Positions 1 through 13,643 are shown, counted from the first letter of the stretch. The stretch: 64,000 nt of DNA from Octopus bimaculoides (GCF_001194135.2 NC_068996.1:44619608-44683607); one strand, 5' to 3'. A program made the numbers and translations. Notes: generated by a model from the letters alone, not told the origin.

Positions 1-424
1 TCTATGTATCTTTCTAAATAAACATACACAAACACATGCACACTCACACAAATATATAAATGTATTTTACAAAAACCCATACATTCATATACTTCCCTTT
101 TACACGCTCACACATATACTCACACAGAGTTGAAGTGCTTTTTGATTTTTGTTTCACCGTTGACGTTTCACCATCCCACTTCCATCGGTGGATCACCCTT
201 CCTTCCTCATTCATATGTTGTGTCGGAGAAATACACAAGAGTATAATTATAGTAGATTATTTGAATAGAAGATACACGACACTCTCTTTGCCACTTCCTC
301 TCTCTCATTGCTATTACTTTCTCTCACTCACTCTCCAGTCATAGCTATTACTTTCACTACTTCTCCTTCACTGAATTACTATTTTCTCTCCTCTTCCTTC
401 ACCCCTACCGCGTGATTTTGAACA

Positions 425-550
425 AATATATACAGTTCTATATTTAAGACATGAGGAATTATGTACATTATTTACAATTGATGGATATTTGTCTTCATCT
501 CGTTTGTTGTTAGCACAACATTTCGGCTGATGTACCCTCCAGCTTTCATA
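425..550 (-). mobile_element. Isolated Penelope pLTR-like fragment
   Basis: Homologous to 51335-51455 (CAGTTCTATATTTAAG...TTTCGGCTGAT.TACCCTCCAGC). Confidence 0.8.
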
Positions 551-599
551 CAAATATATAAAAATACTACGCTCATTATTAGATTGTAAAAGATTATAT

Positions 600-998
600 C
601 AGAGACTACATGAAGCACCAGCTTGCTAGAGAGTGGAAGTAAAAACCTCCAACTTAACCACCAATCTTAATCTCATTGAAAATATGTAACGGACGAACAG
701 AAATCGGGCAAATGAATGGTATGAAATTATTTTGAATTTGGTGCGGGACTATTCAAGACGAAACGGATTACAACGAGGTGAGATGGATTTTTCATTTTAG
801 GTATAACAAGACCTGCTGAAATTATGATAGAGTATATCTGTTATCTTATTCTATGGAGTTTTAACTCAGAAAATACGTTAAATTCCAATCGTTTGCCCGA
901 TTTCTGTTGGTCCGGTACATATTTTCAGTAAGATTGGTGGTTAAGTTGGAGGTTTTTTACTTCTACTCTGTAGCAAGAGGCGCTTCGAGTACCCTCTA
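600..998. mobile_element. Foldback MITE with about 120-bp inverted arms
   Basis: About 605-725 vs 880-998 are reverse complements (GAAGTAAAAACCTCCAACTTAACCACCAATCTTA...CAGAAATCGGGCAAA). Confidence 0.85.
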
Positions 999-1110
999 AT
1001 GTAATTAAGAATTTATTGCATAGCTGTTTAATGCTAATTTCGCTTGCTGCTGCTATACTAATTTTATTGTTATTGTTATCAATTATTTCGATTTTAGATT
1101 TGCCCTTGAA

Positions 1111-1181
<71 letters not shown>

Positions 1182-1183
<2 letters not shown>

Positions 1184-2170
1184 TGAATGAAATTCTGAAA
1201 TACATCAGAACAAAAAACATCAGAGAAACAAATAATTTGATCAGGGCAGTAAGTATTGTTGTAGCAGAAAACGTCGGTGTTGATGTCAAGAAAAAGAAAT
1301 ATAATGGGAGTGGCAAAAGAAAAGATCCATGGTGGAAAAGAAGAATACAGGCGGTGTTAGATATTCTCTAGAAGGACATTTCTGTTTTAGACCGAAAAGA
1401 GAAGGGGAGCTTAAAAGCGAACAAAAATACAGGGCATTGAATTTGAAGTATGATATTGAAAGAAAGGGCCTGACAGTGGAAATGGAGGAATGGAAACAGC
1501 GCCTCGTTGCAAAGAAAGCAAAGATGGTAAGATATGAGCAGAGCAAAGAATGAAGGCATACTCGCAGAATAGGTTATTCATAGAAGATCAGAAGAGATTT
1601 TATGAAGAAATAATTGGAGAGTGTACAGATGAAAAGTTGATACCAGATAACATCGAAAGTCAAAAGTTTTGGAGTAACATCTGGATCAAAGACAAGCAGT
1701 ACAAGAAGGATGCTGAATGGTTGAAAGAACTGAAACAAACAGTAGTATGTCCAAAACAGGCAAAACTAGTCACTTCAGATAGAGAAGTGAAGGAAATCAG
1801 CAAAAAATAGGCAACTAGAAGGCACCGAGACCAGATGGAGTTCAAGGCTACTGGATCAAACGATCTGATGAATGTAATGCATGAATAGCTGCACAACTCA
1901 ACACCTTGTTAAATGTCAAGTAACACCAGGGTGGTTGACGATGGCTAGCACAGTGCTGTGCTTGAAAATAAAACGCAATACGGTAGACAATTACAGGCCG
2001 ATATCCTGCTTACCAATTATGTGGAAATTATTGACTGGAATAATCGCAGAGTCAATGTAGGGACATCTGAAAAAAAAAGAAAATGGAGTCCCACTGCATG
2101 AGCAGAAGGGTTGCAAGTGTAAGTGCAGAAGTACCAACTTATAGCAGCACGCATTTAAATCCTGTGTATA
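1182..2170 (+). mobile_element. R4/Dong-like non-LTR retrotransposon fragment (pre-RT region and RT start), decayed
   Basis: Frameshifted peptides NLIRAVSIVVAENVG...[61 protein letters not shown]. Starts immediately after (AAT)n at 1113-1181. Confidence 0.85.
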
Positions 2171-2642
2171 TTAAGTAAAATTTATCTCTTACTGAATGTA
2201 GTACTTTTCTGCTGATCCCAATAACAAATGAGTACGGTATATATACGTTTTCTCTCTCTCTCTCTCTCTCTCTNNNNNNNNNNNNNNNNNNNNNNNNNNN
2301 NNNNNNNNNNNNNNNNNNNNNNNNNNNNNNNNNNNNNNNNNNNNNNNNNNNNNNNNNNNNNNNNNNNNNNNNNNNNNNNNNNNNNNNNNNNNNNNNNNNN
2401 NNNNNNNNNNNNNNNNNNNNNNNNNNNNNNNNNNNNNNNNNNNNNNNNNNNNNNNNNNNNNNNNNNNNNNNNNNNNNNNNNNNNNNNNNNNNNNNNNNNN
2501 NNNNNNNNNNNNNNNNNNNNNNNNNNNNNNNNNNNNNNNNNNNNNNNNNNNNNNNNNNNNNNNNNNNNNNNNNNNNNNNNNNNNNNNNNNNNNNNNNNNN
2601 NNNNNNNNNNNNNNNNNNNNNNNNNNNNNNNNNNNNNNNNTA

Positions 2643-3523
2643 TATAGTGTTCAGTGAATAAACTGTTGTCTAAATTACACAAAAATGAAAATAACATTGA
2701 CATCTCATTTTAACAGGTATATCTACCAAAATTACATAAAAATATCTTGAAATACTAAAGAGTAAATTTATTCAACAAACTCAGAATTGGCTTCAACCAC
2801 AACATCCGGACGACTTCAGAATCTCCTGCAACTCTTCCGGATGATTTCCTTGTTTAAGATGGTGAATGCTACCATAATCCTTCCCTTCAGTTCATCTTTG
2901 TGTTACAAGGAACTTTATTGGCCTTCGCCCAACTGTGTCCCACACTTAATAAAAAGGGTTGGAGTCTGGGGAGTTAAGTGGCCAGATGTTAGGGGAAATA
3001 TGGTCGCAGAATTTGTCTGACAGCCATGATTTGGTTCTCCTTTTTTTGTGGCATTGTGCAGAGTCCTGTTACTAGATATAGGGTCTTCCAGAAGCCACTC
3101 CCCCTGACCCAGTGCAGCTCTACCTCAAGGCACTTGATGTAGGCTTCGGCGTTGCATCTGAGGCTGTGTGAGAAGATAAATAGAGGCATAACGTCTTCAT
3201 CACTAGTGAACACTCCAAACACCATGATGATGATTGAATGTTTGATTTTTAACACCCAGTACATGTATTCATATTACACTGTCTTCAGATTGAAAGCCAA
3301 ACACACTGAAATGTTCGTATTGGAGCTTCCGGCGCAAATGCCAAACAGTACAGCATGTCGTTTCCAAATTTCTGGCAGAGTGAATTGTGCCATGGTAATG
3401 TTTTTCTCAGACTGTGTCCAAACTCACCCTACTATACTGTGTACCCGAGAAAATCAAAAGCAAACAATGCGTATGCTCGAAACTAAACATATAAAACGGC
3501 GACAATTTACCAATCGTACCCTG
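2643..3523 (-). mobile_element. Tc1/mariner-superfamily remnant with transposase C-terminus
   Basis: Frameshifted QDSAQCHK..SWLSDKFCDHISPNIWPLNSPDSNP and CNTKDELKGRIMVAF. Weak TIR similarity between the ends, with TA flanks. Confidence 0.8.
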
Positions 3524-3537
3524 TGTATATAAATATA

Positions 3538-3601
<64 letters not shown>

Positions 3602-4394
3602 AGAAAGTTTGTATGTGAAAGCACGTGGTTGGATGTATAAAAGATAATAAGAGTGAAAAAACTACAGAAGNNNNNNNNNNNNNNNNNNNNNNNNNNNNNN
3701 NNNNNNNNNNNNNNNNNNNNNNNNNNNNNNNNNNNNNNNNNNNNNNNNNNNNNNNNNNNNNNNNNNNNNNNNNNNNNNNNNNNNNNNNNNNNNNNNNNNN
3801 NNNNNNNNNNNNNNNNNNNNNNNNNNNNNNNNNNNNNNNNNNNNNNNNNNNNNNNNNNNNNNNNNNNNNNNNNNNNNNNNNNNNNNNNNNNNNNNNNNNN
3901 NNNNNNNNNNNNNNNNNNNNNNNNNNNNNNNNNNNNNNNNNNNNNNNNNNNNNNNNNNNNNNNNNNNNNNNNNNNNNNNNNNNNNNNNNNNNNNNNNNNN
4001 NNNNNNNNNNNNNNNNNNNNNNNNNNNNNNNNNNNNNNNNNNNNNNNNNNNNNNNNNNNNNNNNNNNNNNNNNNNNNNNNNNNNNNNNNNNNNNNNNNNN
4101 NNNNNNNNNNNNNNNNNNNNNNNNNNNNNNNNNNNNNNNNNNNNNNNNNNNNNNNNNNNNNNNNNNNNNNNNNNNNNNNNNNNNNNNNNNNNNNNNNNNN
4201 NNNNNNNNNNNNNNNNNNNNNNNNNNNNNNNNNNNNNNNNNNNNNNNNNNNNNNNNNNNNNNNNNNNNNNNNNNNNNNNNNNNNNNNNNNNNNNNNNNNN
4301 NNNNNNNNNNNNNNNNNNNNNNNNNNNNNNNNNNNNNNNNNNNNNNNNNNNNNNNNNNNNNNNNNNNNNNNNNNNNNNNNNNNNNNNNNNNNNN

Positions 4395-4660
4395 GATCTT
4401 TTTCAGTGATTTTGGTTGTTTGTGGCTTTTGATGATTTTGTGTGTGCGTAAAATTTCCTTCAATTTGGGGTCCTTATGTAGCATTGGTATGTTTTGGGTG
4501 ATGATGGTGAAGGCTTCTTTGTTTCTGGGGTTGTATGTGGATATGTACGGCAGTATTTTCGGGGAAGGTGCGTTGCTGTGTTTAACTTTTCTTAAGTTTT
4601 CTATGTTAATTTGTGATGCACGTCTGATTCCTTCCTCTATGAGTTGAACTGGGTGTGTAT
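4395..4660 (-). mobile_element. Penelope-like element fragment (linker between RT and GIY-YIG)
   Basis: IEEGIRRASQINIENLR...ILPYISTYNPRN...KIIKSHKQPKSLKKI resembles the PLE linker. Truncated by an N gap. Confidence 0.7.
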
Positions 4661-5595
4661 GTATGTATTTGTATATACATGGATGTATGTACATGAGTTG
4701 TCAGATAATGTATCAAACTTTAGCCTTAATTCGTAAGACTATTTCCAAAGAAAGCGAAGAAGAAAGAAAGAGAAAAGAACTGAAGGAACAAAGAAAGATG
4801 GAATGGAAGGAAGGAAGGAAGGAAGGAAGGAAGAAAGGAATGAATGTAGGAGGAATTATAAAGAGAAAGAATACAGCGAGATATGAATAGTTTAATTTTC
4901 TTTTATATACAAATAACTTCAGAAAACTTTAATACATTATTCTCTTCTGGTTCATTGGTTCGGTAGGATTATAAAGAGGAGGGCAAAAAACCCTCTGAAT
5001 ATTAATATTATAAATGCTAATCTCAAAATGTGATATATGATAATATTATCTGCGATTTGTATTTCGATGACTGTCGAAACTTTATTTATAGATATTAAAA
5101 TCCACTGGTGTGTACAAAATAATTGCAATATTCTTCGTAACTGGAAAATATAAACAAATCTCGTTTTGCATTAACACTACCGATAACCATTTCTGATTCT
5201 GATAAAGATTATAAAGATTTTTGTCATGATAAGGAGAAAACAGACATTTTCTATCTTTCTTTCATTTAGTGTTTCTTTCATTTAGTGTTTCTTTCATTTA
5301 TTCTCTCTCTCTTTCTCTCTCTTTCAGTCCTTCTTTCGTTCTTCATTTCTCTCCCACTCCTTCTCTCTCTCTATCTGTCTATCTATTTATCTATCTCCTT
5401 GTCTTTTATGCTCGTCATGGCAAAAAACATAAAGAGAATTGTAAACAGAAATGCAACATAGGAAAAAAGACAGAGAATAATTCCTTTTATACATTTACAC
5501 ATATGCTGTTAAGGAACATTATCGTAAATATAATTATGGCATGGAGATTTTGGATATTCTTCCTAATGCGGAGCAAATCATGGAATACATACAAG

Positions 5596-5682
<87 letters not shown>

Positions 5683-5988
5683 GTATGTATGTATATAAAT
5701 GTTTAGATAAATGAATATACACATATATAGACACGCACACGTATACATTTACATATATGGATGTATATGTACGTCTATATGTAAGGATACTGTATTTTTA
5801 TTTATTTAGTGAATGTAAACAAAGAAAAACAGGAATAAGTCACCAGAAGTAATAAAGACTTGTAGAGAATTAAGACTTCTCTTTTCACTGTTTTCCATTC
5901 CTTTCTGATATACATACCTTCTTTAGATGCATAACAACAACTACTGGTATTATTGCTGTTGTTGTTGATGATGCTATCATCATCATCG

Positions 5989-6065
<77 letters not shown>

Positions 6066-7203
6066 GCCTTTGCACAACTTTTAACGCTGGAGATGTACAA
6101 CGGTGTCAGCTGTTCACTACCAGTGAACTAAGTTAACAACCATCCAGAGTATTCGAGCGGTTCCAAGCAATGCTGTTTTCTGCAAGTGCACCACCTTTAT
6201 TGCAGCCCCTATTTATTCCACATACTTCTCGAGATTTTTACTCACTATTCTCAGGGCTCCAACAATTATTGGTACTACTGCTACCTTTTATATCGACTAC
6301 AACCGCTTAACCTCCCAAGCTAACCGGTCGTATCTCTCGACTTTTCTTTCTTCCTTATCGCATAGCTTGTTGTCAGCTGGGCATGCTATATCTATGATCC
6401 AGCATAGTTTGCTTTCTTTCTCAATTAATACTATGTCTGGCTTCCTATTCTCAATCTTATGGTCGCACTGAATCATAAAATCCCATAAGACCTTTGGATT
6501 TCTATTTTCGACAATACCTTCAGGTTTGTGGTCGTACCAATTTTTTGCTCTGTCAAGTCCATACTTGTTGCAAAGTCCAATGGACAAGCTTGGCTATATT
6601 TTCGTAGTTTCTCTTATATTCCTTCTGGACTAGTGGTGTACATTGGCTGGTAATATGCCATACGGTTTCACCGTTTTGTCCACAGATTTTGCACTTATCA
6701 CTTTCTGCTGTGTTGTCTATTCTGTATTTAATGAAGTTTGTTCTTAGTGCTTGCTCTTGGGCAGCACAGATTAGAGCCTCCGTTTCCGGTTTTAAATCAC
6801 TTTTAGTCATCCAAAGCCATCTTTTTTCTCTGTCTTTCTTAACTTCAACATCCCTATGACATTGACCATGCATTCTTTTCTTTACCCACCGATTTTCAGT
6901 TTCATTCGTTTTCAATTTCTTGTATTGTGCTTTATCTTTGCAATCTTTCATGCTACAAAAGCCAGACCTTCTTACTTCTAATAACAACGGCTCTGTGGAA
7001 TTTTTTACATACCATTCCATGTTGTTTTCTTCAGCTATAATGCTGTGTTCGCATCCAATCAGTCCCCTTCTTTTTCTTGGTACATACAGTCTGTCTGTGT
7101 CACTTTTTGGGTGGAGTGACCCATATCTAGTAAGCAACTTCCTTGTCTTTCTGTCTAAGCTGTTTACTTCATCTACTGTCTATGCGATTACCCCTGCTCC
7201 ATA

Positions 7204-7204
<1 letters not shown>
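6066..7204 (-). mobile_element. R4/Dong-like element, 5'-truncated 3' portion with CCHC finger and RLE endonuclease
   Basis: DRLYVPRK, AAQEQALRT, CKICGQNGETVWHITSQC (CCHC), RKPDIVL...IIDIACP (PD..D RLE motif), QKTALLGTARIL C-terminus. Flanked on both sides by (ATT)n. Confidence 0.9.
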
Positions 7205-7269
<65 letters not shown>

Positions 7270-7357
7270 TGCTATTATCATTGTTATGTTGTTGTATCTT
7301 CATCATTATTATTATTGTTATTATTATTGCAATTATCGTTGTTATGTTGTTGTATCT

Positions 7358-7417
<60 letters not shown>

Positions 7418-8533
7418 GGATAAAGCTACAAAACAAAAGCTAAATCAGTAAGGCAGAGCAAACTTTTAACAAACAAAGAATGGAAATTTTGTGAGATCTG
7501 CGAATGAGAATAATCATTAAATGAAAAACAAATGCTGAAATTTCAAAAAGAGTTTGGCGGGATATCTGCAACAAGGAGTGCAACAAAACGGTGAAGCAAA
7601 AAGCTTACTGGAGTGCAAAGATGATTGGAAAAGGGAGAGAGTGATCACGGCCCTTCACAGAGATTAGAGGAGAGGAGGATGGACTTCTTAATCCTGGAGA
7701 CCTTCTCCGGACTCATACAAATCACCCTAGATGCTATCTGATGGTGTTAATCCTGGTGACATATTAAAGTCTACCACCCGAGAAAGCCAATTTGAAATGA
7801 AAAACGCAAAGACACGGGACAAACAGCACGAAACTTTTGGGTTTACGTTCTTATCGATCCAACAATTCACCTTTCTTGAGTATTCTTTATCTTTAATCGT
7901 TCATTGGACTGCATTCATGCTGGGGCACCGCCTTGACAATTTTTTAGTCGAATGTATCGTCCATATGTCCACTGGCTGTTGTGTGGTAAAGAAGACATCG
8001 GGAGAGCCGAATAATGGTATATAGACACGCCAGAAGGAGTAATGGAAAACGAACACTACAAAATACTCTGAGATTTTAACATGCAGTGCGACAAATCATA
8101 GAGGAGATACAACCGGATATCCTGCTCATCCATAATGATGAGAAAGATGCGAAGATAATAGATGTTGCAAAACCAGGCGATTCGATGGTGAAATGTAAGG
8201 AAACAACAAAGAGTGAGAAATACCAGTTACTGCGGGATGAGAGAGGAAAGTTATGGGGCATGAAGAAAGTAATTGTGATACCGATGGTAATTGGAGCATT
8301 AGGAGCAGTTTGCAAGGGCTTTGAAAAACATATTAAGACTATTGGAGCTGCTGTCAGACTCGAAGTGATCCAGAAGACAGCATTGTTGGGTACAGCTCGC
8401 ATTCTAAGGACAGTATTGTATCTTTGAGTCACAAGAGAAGGCGCTGCTTGAAACCTTTGGTGATTTATTGTTGCCTGCTTTCAAGTAAAGAACAACCGAA
8501 CCGGTAATTAAGAACCATCCTAGAGTCTTTCAG
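7418..8533 (+). mobile_element. R4/Dong-like element, 5'-truncated 3' portion (second subfamily)
   Basis: QPDILLIH...IIDVAKPGD, VIPMVIGALGAV, QKTALLGTARILR. Short 3' UTR followed by (AAT)n at 8534-8570. Confidence 0.88.
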
Positions 8534-9308
8534 AATAATAATAATAACAACAACAATAATAATAATAATCAGGGTAATGAACACATGGGCTGTTTCCTTA
8601 ATTTGATATAGCACAGGTGTTGTTAGGTTGACAAAAGTAGGACATAACTTTTAACTATTTGCTAAGCAATTGCAATAGGCTAACACAAATAAAACATAAA
8701 CGTAAATCAAACACGAAAGTATCGGGAAACGAGTGCATTGGTATGTGAGCCAAGTTTGTAGATCTGAAGCGACGGAAAAATGGTGTGTTACTGTTTGCTC
8801 GCAACTATACTTGCACGTAATAGAACTAACGAAAGCGTAGGACAGGCCCTTAGTTCATACTCGCTTGGGAGTGTCGTCTAAGCTAAGAATAAGTATGTTC
8901 CCTTTACTTAATTCTGTCTGCCTGTTGTAGAGTTTCTAAGTTTATCTTTTGCTTTCTTTAATGCTTAAAAACTTTTCGAATTGAAGCATTCATTAATTCA
9001 AATTTTAAGTTATGCTGTTAGATAATTAAAAAGGAGACATTAGTAAATTTCAAATTGAATCATTCTACGTATTGTAAAGACAAGTGGGAATAAAAAGCTA
9101 CAGGGTGAAAATGAAAGCTAAGAAATGAGCGGTTAAACATATTAATTCCTTAATCTCTAAGGTTAGAACATACAGCAAAATTGAAATCTTTTTGTACTGG
9201 GAAAGCCATATATCGCAGTGCAAAAGTTTGAAAGCGTTGCCTAATTAAAATCAAATGAATATCTAATTTCATTATAACTTCATGGTATAGTACATTTGNN
9301 NNNNNNNN

Positions 9309-9620
9309 GTTGTGAGTGTTTATTGAGCGGAAACACCTAAAGCTCCACGAGGCTCCGGCAGGGGATGGTGGCGAACCCTGCTGTACTCTTTCACCACAAC
9401 TTTCTCTAACTCTTACTTCCTGTTTCTGTTGTACGTGTAATTCAAAGGGTCAGCCTTGTCCCACTGTGTCACGCTGAATATCCCCGAGAACTACGTTAAA
9501 GGCACACGTGTCTGTGGAGTGCTCAGCCACTTGCATGTTAATTTCACGAGCAGACTGTTCCGTTGATTGGATCAACTGGAATCCTCGACGTCGTAAGTGA
9601 CGGAGTGCCAACAACAACAA
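9309..9620 (+). mobile_element. tRNA-derived SINE, family C (5' end lost in gap)
   Basis: Homologous to 35792-36117 and 34519-34876. Ends GACGGAGTGCCAAC(AAC)n. Confidence 0.85.
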
Positions 9621-10029
9621 TAGTACATTTGTTTACAGGGGTAGCTACCTCTCTCCTGCTCAAGCAACGACACATTGGTGGACATATCGACGTTTTCGTT
9701 TCTTTGTTTCTATTATTCAGAAGTAACCGTTTTCTTATCAGCAACTATGTCATTGCCACCTTTCTTTTGTTTTTTGTCTTGTAATTCAAATATATATTTG
9801 TGTCCCTCCTAATGGCTTCAGAAACAGGTCTTTTTTTTTTTCTAAAACTAAAAAGAAAAGACCAAACCGAAAAAATTCCGGATAACAAAATATCAAGCGT
9901 TAATCAGTTGCATCAAAACCAAGACATAAATACTCCCGTATTTCACTCATTCATGTATATTTTCTCGGTGTATTTACAGATTTGTTTGTGCAAAAGTAAA
10001 TTAATATTTGTCTCTATTCTAAGGCTGTA

Positions 10030-10653
10030 GGCTGGCAGAAACGTTAGCATGCGGGCGAAATGCTTAGCGGTATTTCGTCTGCCGTTACCTTCTGAGTTCA
10101 AATTCCGCCGAGGTCGACTTTGCCTTTCATTCTTTCGGGGTCGATGAATTAAGTACCAGTTACGCACTGAGGTCGATGTAATCGACTTAATCCGTTTGTA
10201 TATCCTTGTTTGTCCCCTCTGTGTGTAGCCCCTTGTGGGCAGTAAGAAAGTTAGCACACTGGGTAGTATTTCGTCTGTCTTTACGTTCTGAGTTCAAATT
10301 CCGCCGAGGTCGACTTTGCCTTTCATCCCTTTCGGGGTCGATTAAATAAGTACCAGTTACGCACTGGGGTCGATATAATTGACTTAATCCCTTTGTCTGT
10401 CCTTGTTTTTCCCCTCTATGTTTAGCCCCTTGAGGGCAGTAAAGAAATAAAAAACGTTAACACACCGGGCGAAATGCTTAGTAGTATTTCGTCTGCCGCT
10501 ACGTTCTGTGTTCAAATTCCGCCAAGGCCGACCTTGCCCTTCATCCTTTCGGGATCGATAAATTAAGTACCAGTTGCGTACTGGGGTCGAGCTAATCAAT
10601 TGGCCTCCTCCCCCAAAATTTCAGACCTTGTGCCTAGAGTAGAAAAGAATATT
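10030..10653 (+). mobile_element. Three tandem copies of tRNA-derived SINE family B
   Basis: GAGTTCAAATTCCGCCGAGGTCGACTTTGCCTTTCATC...TACCAG occurs three times (about 10030, 10251 and 10453). The third copy has a different tail. Confidence 0.9.
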
Positions 10654-10802
10654 TGTCTATTCTATTTTGATCGTGTGCAAAGAGAAATGAGTAAAATGAA
10701 ATGCATATCGATCTCAAGGGCTTTAACGAAATAAGCACACATGCATTATATGCATGAATGCAAGTAACCGGGCAATGAAATTGCATCACAGCTTTCACTT
10801 GC

Positions 10803-10857
<55 letters not shown>

Positions 10858-11204
10858 CATACATACANNNNNNNNNNNNNNNNNNNNNNNNNNNNNNNNN
10901 NNNNNNNNNNNNNNNNNNNNNNNNNNNNNNNNNNNNNNNNNNNNNNNNNNNNNNNNNNNNNNNNNNNNNNNNNNNNNNNNGTAAGAATTCGATATTAATT
11001 TGCTTTATATTTTTAAAAAAGATTTTAAAATTCATTTATAAAAGATCGCAGCTCCTTCTTAAAATAGAATAGTATTCTTTTCACTAGAAATAGAATAAGA
11101 TGTAAAAATCTCCAGATATAAACAAATTAAACGTGTGCATACATATAATACCATACACACACAAACACATACGCGCATACCACACACCGATATATATATG
11201 TGTA

Positions 11205-11250
<46 letters not shown>

Positions 11251-11316
11251 TCGGAGTGCTTTTGTTTATTTGGATAAGTCTATAAGTGCATATGTGTCTA
11301 TGCATACGGCGTGTGT

Positions 11317-11368
<52 letters not shown>

Positions 11369-12832
11369 ATTACAAGAGACGCAATATAAATTTAATCCAA
11401 TGTACAATAATAGAACAACGGTCCTCATCTAGATATTGGAAAGCGTTAATTATATATTTTAATAACTGTAAAGGGTCGCAGAAATGGCCCTAGGGCACAA
11501 ACAGCTAAATATATTGAAGGGGTCACAGTTACAAGGCCAAATTTCATTTGCTGTAATACACCATTATTCTCATCTCCAATAATAGAATAATATTTGGAGG
11601 ATAGAACGAAGCTTTAGTTCAAAGGGTTAACATTTTATATAGTTAAGCATAAATATTAGAGATGCTGATGAAGCCAATAATGGTATTAATTGTTAATAAA
11701 TGGTGAGCGTTATTTCTGTTATTTCCAGCAACTGTAAAGAATCGATACGTGTATTATTTGATTAGCAATGGAAAATTTACTTGCGAAAAGGAAGTGATTA
11801 TTCTAAAGCGAGATTATCTTGCACATTTGGTAATAACGATGGAGGAAGTGGGTGTATATTTAGAAGAGAGAGAAAGAGAGGGGATGAGGAAGAGATAGAT
11901 ATATATACAGATATGAGAGATCTGTGAGAAAAACGCATGGGAGTTTGACAGCGTTTGACAAAGAGAGGAGAAACATATAGGGAAGAAATATTTGATGTCA
12001 CATAAATTAAAAATGTAGAATTTGTGATGACAGAAGAACTTCGATGTCAGTTTCTCGATATATGAATCGCTGAATCTAGAATTCTAAGGAATGTAATCAA
12101 TCATAAGCAACGCAAACAAAATATCGAAGTCGTCACAATAAGATCATTTCGACATGTTTTCGATAATCAGCAATTTAATTACACGTGTAATATTGCGTGA
12201 AAACGAAGGTAATCGATCATCATCTGAATTTCAAAGTTTGATCAAAGGGCTTTTAGCGGGGTTGTACCAAAGTACATCATTTCAATGAAAATTTGTTTTG
12301 TAGGTTTCAAGAAATTGAACTTCTATTCTAGAAACTAGGCACAAAGTGGACTGATAGAAATGTAGTCTTGTAGTAAATCGTTCGATAGTTTTCAACTGAC
12401 CATTTCAATCATTTCCACACAAGTGAAGAGCTGTCATATACTTAATAGTTAATAACAGACTTACTCAGACTTACACCAACTCAGCTACACTCGCGCGCGC
12501 GAACAATGAACGTAGCCTTATAGTAAAATCGTTAAAGAAATAACATAACGCTGAAGAATTGCACCAACTACGAAATACGTATCTGTCACTCTTGCGCTCA
12601 CTTCTCGAACGATTTCTTTTCACCGCGTTCTGACTTATAAGTCTATGTATTATATTATAGACAGATGTCGAAAACATAGTGATATCCGTGGGGCAGCTGA
12701 TGATGGAGGTATGCTGAATTGTTGGTATGGCTGTTCTTGTATATACGGAATAGTTTTCTAGCATCCATTTNNNNNNNNNNNNNNNNNNNNNNNNNNNNNN
12801 NNNNNNNNNNNNNNNNNNNNNNNNNNNNNNNN

Positions 12833-12885
<53 letters not shown>

Positions 12886-13459
12886 ATATATATGAATGTC
12901 TATGTGTATGAAAATATACGTACATACATGCGATAGGCTTCTGCAAAATTTCCCTATAAACTTTCTGTCGACATGGCTCCCATGTTGTGACACCCTTACA
13001 ATGGTTTCAAACTAGTGTTCAGGTAAACAGATGCAACGCTTGTGAATTAATCTCTGCAGTTATTGCAACGAAAAGCAACAAAACTCTGCTTTATTATCTG
13101 CACGTTTTGTCCCCACGGAGGGTCGGTGGGTGTTTAGATACAAGAGTAAAATCGTGAGACCATTGGACAGATGTAATAACAATTATGAAGTACACAGCCA
13201 TGAGTACACATATATAAACATATGCATATATATAAGATCCAAGGATCGAGGTGCAGTAAGCTTCAAACAGTTCGTAAAATTTATTAAAAAAAACAAACTA
13301 TTTTCAGGAACAGTAATAGTTAATTGATGTAGAAGTTTGTAAATTTTTTCCCATATCGAAGTTCGATAAGCTGAAAAAAGATATTTTATAGTTGGCGGTT
13401 AATAACTGGGGTTGTTGTGTGTATGGCAACAAAGATCCAAAATTGGGGATGGAACAGAT

Positions 13460-13640
13460 CAAATCTCCTGTGAGTTAACATGGGATTCCCTGATGACAAT
13501 GTAACCTTCATTTAACTAAGGTATTTTAGGCCTGATGAGTAGCTAGTGGATTACTCTTCGCTGAAGAATTATTACTTTCGAGGTTCTGCTAGCTAAGATA
13601 CATATGTAGCCTGGATTTTACCTACTCTATTCCCTAAATT
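13460..13640 (+). repeat. Unclassified dispersed repeat (second copy at 33385-33565)
   Basis: Shared GTAACCTTCATTTAA.TAAG, GGCCTGATG.GTAGCTA.TGGATTAC.C, CGAGGTTCT.CTA and TAGCCTGGATTTTAC. Confidence 0.8.
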
Positions 13641-13643
13641 TTG

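Noticed and set aside
13490-13560. CTGATGA motifs as a hammerhead or C-box snoRNA
   Set aside because: No GAAA/NUH arrangement and no properly placed D box with terminal stem. Kept only as an unclassified structured repeat.
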